Shown: positions 55,720 to 64,000 of the stretch, piece by piece
Numbering within the stretch: the first letter of the stretch is position 1
Layout of the letters: every line of letters starts with the position of its first letter
Source of the DNA: Cyclobacteriaceae bacterium
GTDB lineage: Bacteria > Bacteroidota > Bacteroidia > Cytophagales > Cyclobacteriaceae
Length of the DNA: 64,000 nt
Direction: 5' to 3'
NCBI GenBank assembly: GCA_019694875.1
Contig: JAIBBC010000003.1
Coordinates: forward strand, 548,469-612,468
Position numbers and translations under genes: made by a program
The notes under the pieces: model-generated
Databases searched by the model: none
Seen by the model: only the letters and a program-made list of their open reading frames with translations
What the model was told of the DNA's origin: nothing

Positions 55720-57292
55720 ATGCCTTCATAATTTTATGCAGTGCAGCCTCCGCGCAACGCTCCCCGTCCATGGCTGCTGAAACAATCCCCCCGGCATAAC
55801 CCGCTCCTTCCCCGCACGGGAAAAGCATTTTTATCTGCGGGTGCTCAAGTGTGTCTTTGTCACGCGGGATTCGCACCGGTGATGAGGTCCGGCTTTCCAC
55901 ACCTACAATCTGCGCTTCATTGGTAAGGTATCCCTTCATTTTTTCACCGAAGCTTTTAAAGCCCTGCCGCAGCGCCTCCGAAAGGAAAGCAGGCAACACT
56001 TCCCGCATTTCAATCGAAGTCAATCCCGGTTGATAAGAAGTTTCAGGCAGCGATGACGATACTTTCCTGTTTAAGAAATCCATGAGTCGTTGCGCGGGTG
56101 CCACCTGTGTGCCTCCGGCAACACGGCATGCCTGCTGCTCGATGTCGCGCTGAAAGTACATGGCAGCGAGCGGCCCGAACGTATCATAGTGTTTAAAATC
56201 TTTCTGATCGACCGCCACCACGATACCCGAATTTGCAAACTTTGAATCGCGCCTCGAGGGGCTCATGCCGTTTACAACAACTTCACCCGGGGCAGTTGCC
56301 GATGGAACGATAAATCCGCCCGGGCACATACAAAACGAAAACACACCCCGCTGCATGTGCTGCACATCGGCCTGATGCACGAGTGAATAAGAAGATGCCG
56401 GAAGAAACTCTCCCCGGCTTACATCGCAATGATATTGAATCTGATCAATAAGCTGTTGCGGATGCTCTACCCGGACTCCCAATGCAAATGGTTTTGCTTC
56501 AATCAAGATTTGCTTGTGGTTAAGCAACTCAAAAATATCGCGTGCAGAGTGACCGGTAGCCAGAATAACCGCTTCGCCTTGCAGGGTATCACCATGGGCA
56601 GTAGCTACACCCTTGATCGTATCGCTGTCGAGAACAAAATCAGTAACCCGTGTATTGAAATGAACTTCACCTCCGGCATTGCGGATCGTTTCGCGTAACT
56701 CCGCCACAAGCTTCGGTAATTTGTTCGTTCCGATGTGCGGATGTGCATCGAACAGGATTTCATCTTTCGCGCCATGCGCTACCAGAATTTCAAGGACACG
56801 ATTTACATCACCCCGCTTTTTCGATCGCGTGTAGAGTTTGCCATCAGAATATGTTCCGGCTCCCCCTTCTCCAAAGCAATAGTTCGATTCGGGATTAACG
56901 TGCTGTTCTTTGTTGATCGCAGCCAGGTCGCGCCTGCGAGCCTGAACATCGTTACCGCGTTCCAGCACAATTGGCTTGATACCGTGCTCGATCAGCCGCA
57001 AGGCTGCGAACAATCCGGCCGGACCTGACCCGACAACAATAACCTGTTTCGCATTCGAAACGTTTTTTTCGGGTTTGGAATACTGGATAATGTCAGGTTG
57101 CTGTTCTGACGGATAATATTCACAAAGCACCCTTACAATCACTTGCCGGGCGCGCGCATCGATAGAACGTTTAACGGGCTTGATGTAGGTATGACCACCT
57201 TCGCTTATCCCCGACTTTTTATAAAGCGCAGGATAAAACAACTCTTCGCTGAATGCCTCTTCGGGCGTTAAAATGATTTCTCTTGCTTGCAT
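55718..57292 (-). CDS. FAD-dependent oxidoreductase (COG2509-like uncharacterised dehydrogenase)
   Basis: 524 aa with a dinucleotide-binding VIVVGSGPAGLFAAL motif and the conserved C-terminus PCGEGAGYAGGI. Confidence 0.75.
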   Translation of the reverse strand: MQAREIILTPEEAFSEELFYPALYKKSGISEGGHTYIKPVKRSIDARARQVIVRVLCEYYPSEQQPDIIQYSKPEKNVSNAKQVIVVGSGPAGLFAALRLIEHGIKPIVLERGNDVQARRRDLAAINKEQHVNPESNYCFGEGGAGTYSDGKLYTRSKKRGDVNRVLEILVAHGAKDEILFDAHPHIGTNKLPKLVAELRETIRNAGGEVHFNTRVTDFVLDSDTIKGVATAHGDTLQGEAVILATGHSARDIFELLNHKQILIEAKPFALGVRVEHPQQLIDQIQYHCDVSRGEFLPASSYSLVHQADVQHMQRGVFSFCMCPGGFIVPSATAPGEVVVNGMSPSRRDSKFANSGIVVAVDQKDFKHYDTFGPLAAMYFQRDIEQQACRVAGGTQVAPAQRLMDFLNRKVSSSLPETSYQPGLTSIEMREVLPAFLSEALRQGFKSFGEKMKGYLTNEAQIVGVESRTSSPVRIPRDKDTLEHPQIKMLFPCGEGAGYAGGIVSAAMDGERCAEAALHKIMKA

Positions 57293-57322
57293 AGCCTGAA
57301 AGGTTTTTATCCTTTTAAGACT

Positions 57323-59116
57323 TTATTTATTTGAAAATACGTAACCGATATTTAATCCGAAATGCACGCTGGTAACAAATTTTGATCGTTCAACGCCCTT
57401 AAAGTTTTGCTGATATTCTTTTCGCATATCAACCGACCGGTAGCCGGCATCACCCGATACAAACATATCCATTGTAAATCCCCTTTTATCATTCCGCTGC
57501 ATAAGCCGATAGCCCAACAAAAGCCCGTACTCAATTCGCTGATCGGTGGCGCTGATCGTAATGGCGCGTGTAGGGAGCAGCGGGGTCATAACGTTTATAA
57601 AATGTCCGAGGTTTGTAAACCTCACCTCGTGACCGAAATACCACATGCCCACGCGCTCTTCGTTGTAAAACTTCTGCTTGATCGCAATCGCATAACCCCG
57701 TTCAAACGGTTTATCTGCAGCCACGCGACTGTCTGATTCGAAGAACGGATCGCGGATACCAATAAACTCGAATTCATGCCCCAATCGTTCCTGCGAGTAA
57801 AACTCTGCTCCTACCGGAAACTTGCCCGCAAACATCAGCACGGGGTTGCCCTCAAGAATCACTCCGCGGAATTCATTCGATCGCGCATCGAAGTAATCGA
57901 AATGTTTACCTTTCACACGCTTAACGGTTGATTCTTTTTTCGCCAGCTCGGCTACCTCATTACCCAGGTTCTTTTCAGAATAAAATGGCTTGTAATATCC
58001 CGACAGCTTCCCGTCACGTTCGTAGATCTCCCACGTTCCCACCCGTTTCTCATCTTCCACCTGCCCTTTTGTTTGCAGGGTACCATCCGGATAATATCCA
58101 CGATAGGTGCCTTTACCATTTTCATATTCAGCCTCGCCTTCCATCTTGCCGTCTTCGTAATAATACTCCCAATGCCCATGACGGTGATTGTCAACAATCA
58201 ATCCTTTCGCTTTAAGTTTTCCGCTTTTATAGTATTCGCGGTATTCACCGGTTCCATTAACATAAGTAGCATCGCTTTCTTTTTCCCCTGAGCTGCTGAA
58301 CGCACTCCAGTATCCTTCGCGCTGGCCACCCAGGTACTGACCGGAAGCACTTACGTTGCCGTCTTCAAAGAAATATTCCCACTTGCCGGCCGGCACATCA
58401 TTTTCGTACGTGCCTTTGGATGCGATACTTCCGCCCGGGTAATAGTTAACCCATTCACCATTGCGTCTGTTGTTTTCAAAATCTCCCTCGCTTTGAAGTG
58501 TTCCGTCAAGCGGAGAATAATAGCGCCAGTGTCCAACTTGTCGCGTTCCCATCTTGGGCCCTTCGCTCAAAACCTTACCCGCCTGATCATATTCAGTATA
58601 CCGACCAAAATCTTCTGAATAATTTATTTCTCCGCGTACGGTTGTTCCATCTTCATAGTAAGAACGCCAGAGTCCGTTGCGTTTGTTATTCACATATTCA
58701 CCAACCTCTTTAACTTTTCCGTTCTCAAAATACAAGGTCCACACACCTTCGCGGTTTTTGCCGTTAATGGTTCCTTCCATACTTTTCTGACCACTCTCAT
58801 AAAAGTATTCCCATACACCGTAGTTGGCGCTTTGCTTTAAGATGCCGCGCATCCGCAGGCTTCCGGTTTCAAAAAAGAACTCCCACACACCACTGGTTTC
58901 GTTGTTCGAAAAATTTCCTTTCGACTCAATGTTCCCATTCATATAGTATGATATGTACGGGCCGTGAAGCACGTTCCGGATCGTATCCTTAACCTTGTAA
59001 ACTTCCTTGATGTATTTTTTAGCGGCATCGTGATAGGTTTGGCGGGTGAACCCCTGTCCGAGCACGGTGTGCTGAACCAAGCAGCCGAAGAAAGCCAAAA
59101 CCAGTACCTTTTTCAC
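57323..59116 (-). CDS. MORN-variant (YwqK-like) repeat protein with C-terminal beta-rich domain
   Basis: 597 aa with a GTG start and a signal peptide. About 14 repeats of G.W..(Y/F)YE.G....EG.Y.NG...G.W, and a C-terminal ~190 aa with alternating beta-strand pattern. Confidence 0.7.
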   Translation of the reverse strand: MKKVLVLAFFGCLVQHTVLGQGFTRQTYHDAAKKYIKEVYKVKDTIRNVLHGPYISYYMNGNIESKGNFSNNETSGVWEFFFETGSLRMRGILKQSANYGVWEYFYESGQKSMEGTINGKNREGVWTLYFENGKVKEVGEYVNNKRNGLWRSYYEDGTTVRGEINYSEDFGRYTEYDQAGKVLSEGPKMGTRQVGHWRYYSPLDGTLQSEGDFENNRRNGEWVNYYPGGSIASKGTYENDVPAGKWEYFFEDGNVSASGQYLGGQREGYWSAFSSSGEKESDATYVNGTGEYREYYKSGKLKAKGLIVDNHRHGHWEYYYEDGKMEGEAEYENGKGTYRGYYPDGTLQTKGQVEDEKRVGTWEIYERDGKLSGYYKPFYSEKNLGNEVAELAKKESTVKRVKGKHFDYFDARSNEFRGVILEGNPVLMFAGKFPVGAEFYSQERLGHEFEFIGIRDPFFESDSRVAADKPFERGYAIAIKQKFYNEERVGMWYFGHEVRFTNLGHFINVMTPLLPTRAITISATDQRIEYGLLLGYRLMQRNDKRGFTMDMFVSGDAGYRSVDMRKEYQQNFKGVERSKFVTSVHFGLNIGYVFSNK

Positions 59117-59173
59117 AAACCAGGCATTACTGGTTAAAAGTACAAATTATTGATGATTAATGACTTGAAGCAC

Positions 59174-60124
59174 TTACGACTGCATAGCCTTTTTAAAGGC
59201 AGCACTGCCCCACTGAAGTTTCTCTTCTTCAGTCCAGAGTTCGGGAAAGAACATGATTTTCTGGTACCGCGGTGGCAAATACTTCTGCCAGTTTGTTCCG
59301 CCCGTTGCGCGGATATCTTCCGGATCTTTATGCAGATAATGACCGGCTGAACGCATGTGCGCGAGCGGCCAAAGCACGTTAGCAAGCGTATCGAACTCGC
59401 GCAGACGCTTGATGATGTTTTCGTTGCCTGAAAAATACTTCTGATAAATCGACCGCAGGTTATTGCTTTTATGTTTCAATGCAACCTGCTTGAATTCATC
59501 ATTGTATTTGCGTTCAAATTGCTGAAGGGTTAATGTTTTCTTTCCGGATAAAAGCTCAGTTGCTCCGCTGCGCCAATATAATTTATCCAATTGTTCATCC
59601 ATGTTATTATGATCAACCGAAGAACGCACAGCCGGAGTAACCAGGTTAACCAGATCGGTTGAATGAAGTTCGATTAACCGGTATTGTGCCGATTGAAAAC
59701 CGCTGGCCGGCAGCAACGCCATGCGAAATTTCAGGAACTGTTCTTTTTCCATACCGATCACCATCACATCGAACGAATCTTCGAGGTGGCGGAAATAGCG
59801 CACGATCCGGTCCAGCCGATCGATAAAAAACTTCTCGGAAGGTTCAGGGTTTTCAGTGATCTGCTTAAGTTCCCACAAAATCAAACTGAAATACAATTCG
59901 GTAATCTGATGATACGTGATAAAAACCCGCTCGTCAGGAAAACTTGTCTTTGGATTTTGAAGACTGAGCAGTGTGTCGAGGTGAATGTAGTCCCAATACG
60001 TCAGATAGTCAGAATATAACAAGCCATCCAGGTATGAGGATAAATCCTGGCCCATAACGGCATATTTTTCCTGCAGCTTACGAAGCTGTTCCTGTAAATC
60101 AGTTTGACCGGATGGTTTGTCCAT
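59174..60124 (-). CDS. kynA: Tryptophan 2,3-dioxygenase family protein
   Basis: 316 aa. YLTYWDYIHLDTLLSLQ, ...YHQITELYF..., and GTGGT-like ATGGTNW are consistent with bacterial TDO. Confidence 0.65.
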   Translation of the reverse strand: MDKPSGQTDLQEQLRKLQEKYAVMGQDLSSYLDGLLYSDYLTYWDYIHLDTLLSLQNPKTSFPDERVFITYHQITELYFSLILWELKQITENPEPSEKFFIDRLDRIVRYFRHLEDSFDVMVIGMEKEQFLKFRMALLPASGFQSAQYRLIELHSTDLVNLVTPAVRSSVDHNNMDEQLDKLYWRSGATELLSGKKTLTLQQFERKYNDEFKQVALKHKSNNLRSIYQKYFSGNENIIKRLREFDTLANVLWPLAHMRSAGHYLHKDPEDIRATGGTNWQKYLPPRYQKIMFFPELWTEEEKLQWGSAAFKKAMQS

Positions 60125-60176
60125 AGCTCACGTAACAATAATTGCCTTTCGGCACATTTCAATCGGTATAGTTCAC

Positions 60177-60184
60177 TAAATTTG
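60177..60184 (+). promoter_or_regulatory. -7 promoter box TAAATTTG upstream of gcdH
   Basis: Exact TAnnTTTG match 23 nt upstream of ATG 60208. Confidence 0.4.
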
Positions 60185-60207
60185 CCCCGCAAGTAACTAA
60201 AATTCTT

Positions 60208-61431
60208 ATGTCTTCCCATAACTCCAACGCAGAAGTAAAGGCCAAAAAATCATTAAAGCAGGATTTATACGAAAGTCCCGATTTCTATGCGATCGACAGC
60301 CTGTTAACGGAAGAACATAAGCTGGTGCGCAGTTCAGTGCGCGACTTTGTGAAGCGTGAGATCAGCCCGTACATCGAAGACTGGGCACAGCGTGCGCATT
60401 TTCCGTACGAGATGGTGAGAAAATTCGGAGAAGTGGGCGCCTTCGGACCTACCCTTCCTGTTGAATACGGCTGTGGTGGAATGGATTACATTTCATACGG
60501 CATTATCATGCAGGAAATTGAACGCGGTGATTCCGGCATGCGATCCACTGCTTCGGTTCAGGGGTCACTGGTGATGTACCCGATCTATAAATTCGGTAAC
60601 GAAACACAACGCAAGAAATATTTACCCAAGCTCGCGTCAGGCGAATGGCTGGGTTGCTTCGGACTGACTGAACCCGATCACGGTTCCAATCCGTCAGGCA
60701 TGGTGACAAACTTTAAAGACATGGGCGACCATTATCTTTTGAATGGCGCCAAAATGTGGATATCGAACTCACCGCGTGCCGATGTTGCTGTGGTGTGGGC
60801 CAAGAATGAAGAAGGCCGTATTCACGGATTAATTGTTGAGCGTGGCATGCCGGGGTTCACGACACCTGAAACACATGGCAAATGGTCGCTGCGTGCAAGT
60901 GCAACCGGTGAACTTGTATTCGATAACGTTAAGGTTCCGAAGGAAAATCTGCTTCCCGGCAAAAGCGGACTGGGCGCACCGATGATGTGCCTCGATTCTG
61001 CACGTTACGGTATCGCATGGGGTGCTATTGGTGCCGCGATGGACTGCTACGATTCGGCAAGACGCTATGCGCTGGAGCGCATTCAGTTCGGTAAACCGAT
61101 TGCTTCCTTTCAGCTCGTGCAAAAGAAACTTTCCGAAATGTTAACCGAGATCACTAAAGCTCAGTTACTGAACTGGCGACTCGGAACCTTAATGAATGAA
61201 GGCAATGCAACTACCGCCCAAATCTCATTAGCAAAACGTAACAACGTTGCCGTTGCATTGGAGATCGCGCGTGAAGCGCGTCAGATTCATGGCGGCATGG
61301 GTATCACCGGAGAATACCCCATCATGCGCCACATGGCGAACCTGGAATCGGTTGTTACTTACGAAGGTACACACGACATCCACCTGCTGATCCTGGGCAA
61401 AGAGATTACCGGCATTCAGGCGTTTGTTTAA
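60208..61431 (+). CDS. gcdH: Glutaryl-CoA dehydrogenase-type acyl-CoA dehydrogenase
   Basis: 407 aa. GCFGLTEPDHGSNPSGM, the RYGIAWGA region and YEGTHDIH are characteristic of the GCDH subgroup of ACADs. Confidence 0.8.
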   Translation: MSSHNSNAEVKAKKSLKQDLYESPDFYAIDSLLTEEHKLVRSSVRDFVKREISPYIEDWAQRAHFPYEMVRKFGEVGAFGPTLPVEYGCGGMDYISYGIIMQEIERGDSGMRSTASVQGSLVMYPIYKFGNETQRKKYLPKLASGEWLGCFGLTEPDHGSNPSGMVTNFKDMGDHYLLNGAKMWISNSPRADVAVVWAKNEEGRIHGLIVERGMPGFTTPETHGKWSLRASATGELVFDNVKVPKENLLPGKSGLGAPMMCLDSARYGIAWGAIGAAMDCYDSARRYALERIQFGKPIASFQLVQKKLSEMLTEITKAQLLNWRLGTLMNEGNATTAQISLAKRNNVAVALEIAREARQIHGGMGITGEYPIMRHMANLESVVTYEGTHDIHLLILGKEITGIQAFV

Positions 61432-61643
61432 TCAGGCTTTTTTTCTGGCTCAAAGCAAAAGTCATTTTGCTGCTCCCTACGACAGTACGCAGGGCGTACC
61501 CGGAATTGTATTTGTTTTCTTTTGGATAATTATTCTCGCTTTCCTCGCCCGGCTCGCCTGGGAGTATCGGGATGTGATGTTTAAGTCCAGAAATTCACCA
61601 GCGGAAAAGAGTTCTAAACGCAAGCGGACAACATAAATCAGCT

Positions 61644-62723
61644 TCAATCTTCCGCGTAAGCGGTGAAGATGATTCGCTGAACCGGATCTTTCGGGTCGTT
61701 CGAATAGATCGTTACAGCTTTCTGTTGCGTGCCTTTCCGGTCTTGCGGATTATACGATATTCTTACCGTAGCACTCTGTCCTGTCTTAATCGTTTGTTTG
61801 TCAACTTCTGTTACAATGCAGGTACAATTCCCCTGCACCGACCGAAGTTCAAGCGGACTCTGCCCAAGATTGGAAATCGTTACTTCGCGCGTGGTTGACT
61901 GATTCTGGTTAACACGACCGAAATCCAGCGCAGTTTGATTCAATAAGAGTTTGGGTGCCTTTGCTGCTTCCTGCGGTGTAAGCTCCGGGAAAAAATCTTC
62001 CAGCGTTGCGAACACATCGAACGACTTGGCAGGAATGTTCTCGTCATCGGTATAAATTACTACGTTATCCGACTGGAGTCCATAAGCATTTCGGACTTTA
62101 CCGTTGTAACCGATCCGGATAATTCCAATTTCACCCGGCTGAAGTGTTTTCGGTTCTACGTTTACCCTGATGTAAGCCGGGCCATCATAGCTGCCGAGGT
62201 AATTAATGGCTTTCTTCCCGCCATTCGCTACCTGAAATTCCCGAACAACATATTCATTTTTGATATACACTTTTCCAAGATTGAACGAAGTGGACTTGAC
62301 ACGCCAGTGGCCGCGCGACTTATTCAACCCCGCAAGTTTTTTATCGTGATCCGTTTCAACCGTTCCTTTGATTTGCAGAATGAACGGATTGGAATCCGCA
62401 TCGGTGGTTACCGTGAGTGTCTTTGTAAAAAAGCCGGGGCGCCCTTTCGGATTAAACTCGGCCTTCACAAAACCGGTTTTGCCCGGAGCAATTTCTTCTT
62501 TCGACCAGTCAGGCGCTGTGCAGCTGCACGAAGGTTTTACCGCCAGGATTTTAACAGGCTTGTTAAATGTGTTGGTAAATTCAAAAACGTGCGTTACCGC
62601 TCCTTCTTTCTCAACCACATTTCCAAAATCAAACGACTCCTCTTTAAACTGTAGCGGCCGGCTAATCTGGCCCTGTGAGGTGAGTGAAAAAAATAAGCAA
62701 ATAATCAGTCCCGCCTTTCTCAT
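61644..62723 (-). CDS. DUF1573 domain repeat protein (secreted)
   Basis: ATG start MRKAGLIICLFFSLTSQG. FDFGNV..THVFEFTN....VKPSCSCT.PDW...I.PG.TG is the DUF1573 pattern, with a further copy ending VQGNCTCI. Confidence 0.7.
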   Translation of the reverse strand: MRKAGLIICLFFSLTSQGQISRPLQFKEESFDFGNVVEKEGAVTHVFEFTNTFNKPVKILAVKPSCSCTAPDWSKEEIAPGKTGFVKAEFNPKGRPGFFTKTLTVTTDADSNPFILQIKGTVETDHDKKLAGLNKSRGHWRVKSTSFNLGKVYIKNEYVVREFQVANGGKKAINYLGSYDGPAYIRVNVEPKTLQPGEIGIIRIGYNGKVRNAYGLQSDNVVIYTDDENIPAKSFDVFATLEDFFPELTPQEAAKAPKLLLNQTALDFGRVNQNQSTTREVTISNLGQSPLELRSVQGNCTCIVTEVDKQTIKTGQSATVRISYNPQDRKGTQQKAVTIYSNDPKDPVQRIIFTAYAED

Positions 62724-62806
62724 ACTTACATGTAAACTGTTTGCAAAATAACGCAATAAATCAATCTTTCGCGTGCGTTCGTCTTATCAATCCGGCAATT
62801 CCCGAG

Positions 62807-62814
62807 TATATTTG
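62807..62814 (+). promoter_or_regulatory. -7 promoter box TATATTTG upstream of trpS
   Basis: Exact TAnnTTTG match 5 nt upstream of ATG 62820. Confidence 0.4.
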
Positions 62815-62819
62815 CCGGC

Positions 62820-63788
62820 ATGACACGGATCTTAACCGGAATACAAAGCAGCGGCAGGCCACACCTCGGTAACCTGCTGGGTGCAATTATTCCAGCCATC
62901 AATCTTTCCCGGAAACCCGGCAACGACTCTTTCTTTTTCATTGCCGATCTTCACTCACTTACAACGATTAAGGATGCAGAGACGCGCATTCAAAATGTAC
63001 GGGCCGTAGCGGCAGCATGGCTGGCGTTTGGCTTCGACACAGAAAAGAATTGTCTCTATCGTCAATCGCAGATTCCGGAAGTTTGCGAGCTCACATGGTA
63101 TCTCAATTGCTTTGCGCCCTACCCCATGCTGGCGAATGCGCACTCGTTTAAAGATAAATCCGACAGGCTTGCTGATGTGAACGCAGGATTATTTACGTAT
63201 CCCGTGCTTATGACAGCTGACATTATTCTCTATGATGCAGAGATTGTGCCTGTGGGAAAAGATCAGCGTCAGCATGTAGAGATCGCGCGCGACATCGCAA
63301 CTACATTCAACAATCAATATGGTGAAACCTTTGTTGTTCCCGAGGTGCGGATCGCGGAAGAAGTGATGACAATCCCCGGAACGGATGGCCAGAAGATGAG
63401 CAAGTCGTACGGAAACATTGTCGATATTTTTCTGCCGGAAAAAGAACTACTCAAGCAGATCAAAAGCATCGTGTCCGACAGCACTCCACTCGAAGCACCC
63501 AAAGACCCCGACAAAGACAACACATTTGCACTTTATAGTCTCGTTGCTTCACCCGAACAAACCGCGGAGTTGCGAAAGAAATACCTGGCAGGAAATTTCG
63601 GCTACGGCCATGCCAAGCAGGAATTATACGAGCTGATCGTAAAAAAATTCAGCAAAGAGCGCGAAGCTTTTAATTTCTACTTCACCAATCCGGCTGAACT
63701 CGATAAAAAATTAAAAGAAGGCGAAGATCGCGCACGCGTGATTGCGCACGAAACACTGAAAAGAGTTCGTAAAAAATTGGGCTTTTAA
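62820..63788 (+). CDS. trpS: Tryptophan--tRNA ligase
   Basis: 322 aa. ILTGIQSSGRPHLGNLLG (HIGH-type) and KMSKS motifs. Confidence 0.95.
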   Translation: MTRILTGIQSSGRPHLGNLLGAIIPAINLSRKPGNDSFFFIADLHSLTTIKDAETRIQNVRAVAAAWLAFGFDTEKNCLYRQSQIPEVCELTWYLNCFAPYPMLANAHSFKDKSDRLADVNAGLFTYPVLMTADIILYDAEIVPVGKDQRQHVEIARDIATTFNNQYGETFVVPEVRIAEEVMTIPGTDGQKMSKSYGNIVDIFLPEKELLKQIKSIVSDSTPLEAPKDPDKDNTFALYSLVASPEQTAELRKKYLAGNFGYGHAKQELYELIVKKFSKEREAFNFYFTNPAELDKKLKEGEDRARVIAHETLKRVRKKLGF

Positions 63789-64000
63789 CTAGCTGGCAGT
63801 CCAAACAGTTTCCTGCTTGTCTTTACCGATTTTCAACACCAGTCGCGTTGGGTTTGCGGCCAGCATGAGCTTGGTATCCCTTCCCGGAAGTTTCTCCAGA
63901 TCGACAGCAGCACCTTCACCGAGATAAGCTATCGGAAGCAGTACATCGTTGTCGGGGCAATACTGATCATGAACTTTTTGAATGGCCTCTTCCAGGTATT
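63789..64000 (-). CDS. Hypothetical protein, C-terminal 70 codons (5' end outside the window)
   Basis: The minus-strand frame is open from the window edge to TAG (63789-63791): ..YLEEAIQKVHDQYCPDNDVLLPIAYLGEGAAVDLEKLPGRDTKLMLAANPTRLVLKIGKDKQETVWTAS*. No family recognised. Confidence 0.4.
   Translation of the reverse strand, partial: YLEEAIQKVHDQYCPDNDVLLPIAYLGEGAAVDLEKLPGRDTKLMLAANPTRLVLKIGKDKQETVWTAS

Noticed and set aside
61424-61636. 70-aa ORF downstream of gcdH with one hydrophobic helix and a basic tail
   Set aside because: It depends on a TTG start overlapping the gcdH stop. There is no ATG or promoter box and no recognisable family. It could be a real small membrane protein, but the sequence alone does not support calling it.

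Overview
64 kb chromosomal segment that looks like a Bacteroidota (Cytophagia/Sphingobacteriia-like) genome. Supporting signs are a giant SprB-repeat protein with a T9SS type-B C-terminal sorting domain, a DUF5103/T9SS-plug-like gene, exact TAnnTTTG -7 promoter boxes, little visible Shine-Dalgarno signal, and many FtsX/MacB-like permease paralogues. About 50 tightly packed protein genes, mostly on the minus strand. Housekeeping genes: ABC-F ATPase, ychF, smc, gyrB, trpS, metF plus a split metH behind a SAM-I riboswitch, ppx/ppk1/ppk2, kynA, gcdH, ferredoxin. Envelope or secreted genes: C1, S9, M23, M61-like, YpfJ and HExxH peptidases, PQQ sugar dehydrogenase, LRR, MORN, DUF1573, DUF2911, and an exported RidA. 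I saw no rRNA, tRNA, CRISPR array, transposase, integrase or phage genes. I did not find a convincing new multi-gene system such as a defence island; most of the window is ordinary core genome. The items most worth a second look are: (1) a padR operon with two tandem 'prefix-domain' duplicated FtsX permeases and no ATPase, with a 56-nt nearly identical nucleotide tract shared by the otherwise diverged paralogues and a repeated operator-like motif; (2) an orphan Cas6-like RAMP gene with no CRISPR/cas context; (3) an ECF sigma factor coupled to a protein that joins an anti-sigma-like N-terminus, one TM helix and a C-terminal outer-membrane-type beta-barrel; (4) a SAM-I riboswitch with a start-codon-sequestering platform; (5) ppk2-gyrB-ppk1 linkage; (6) -7 boxes 3-5 nt from start codons, implying leaderless mRNAs. 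All family calls come from reading motifs in the translations, since no searches could be run.
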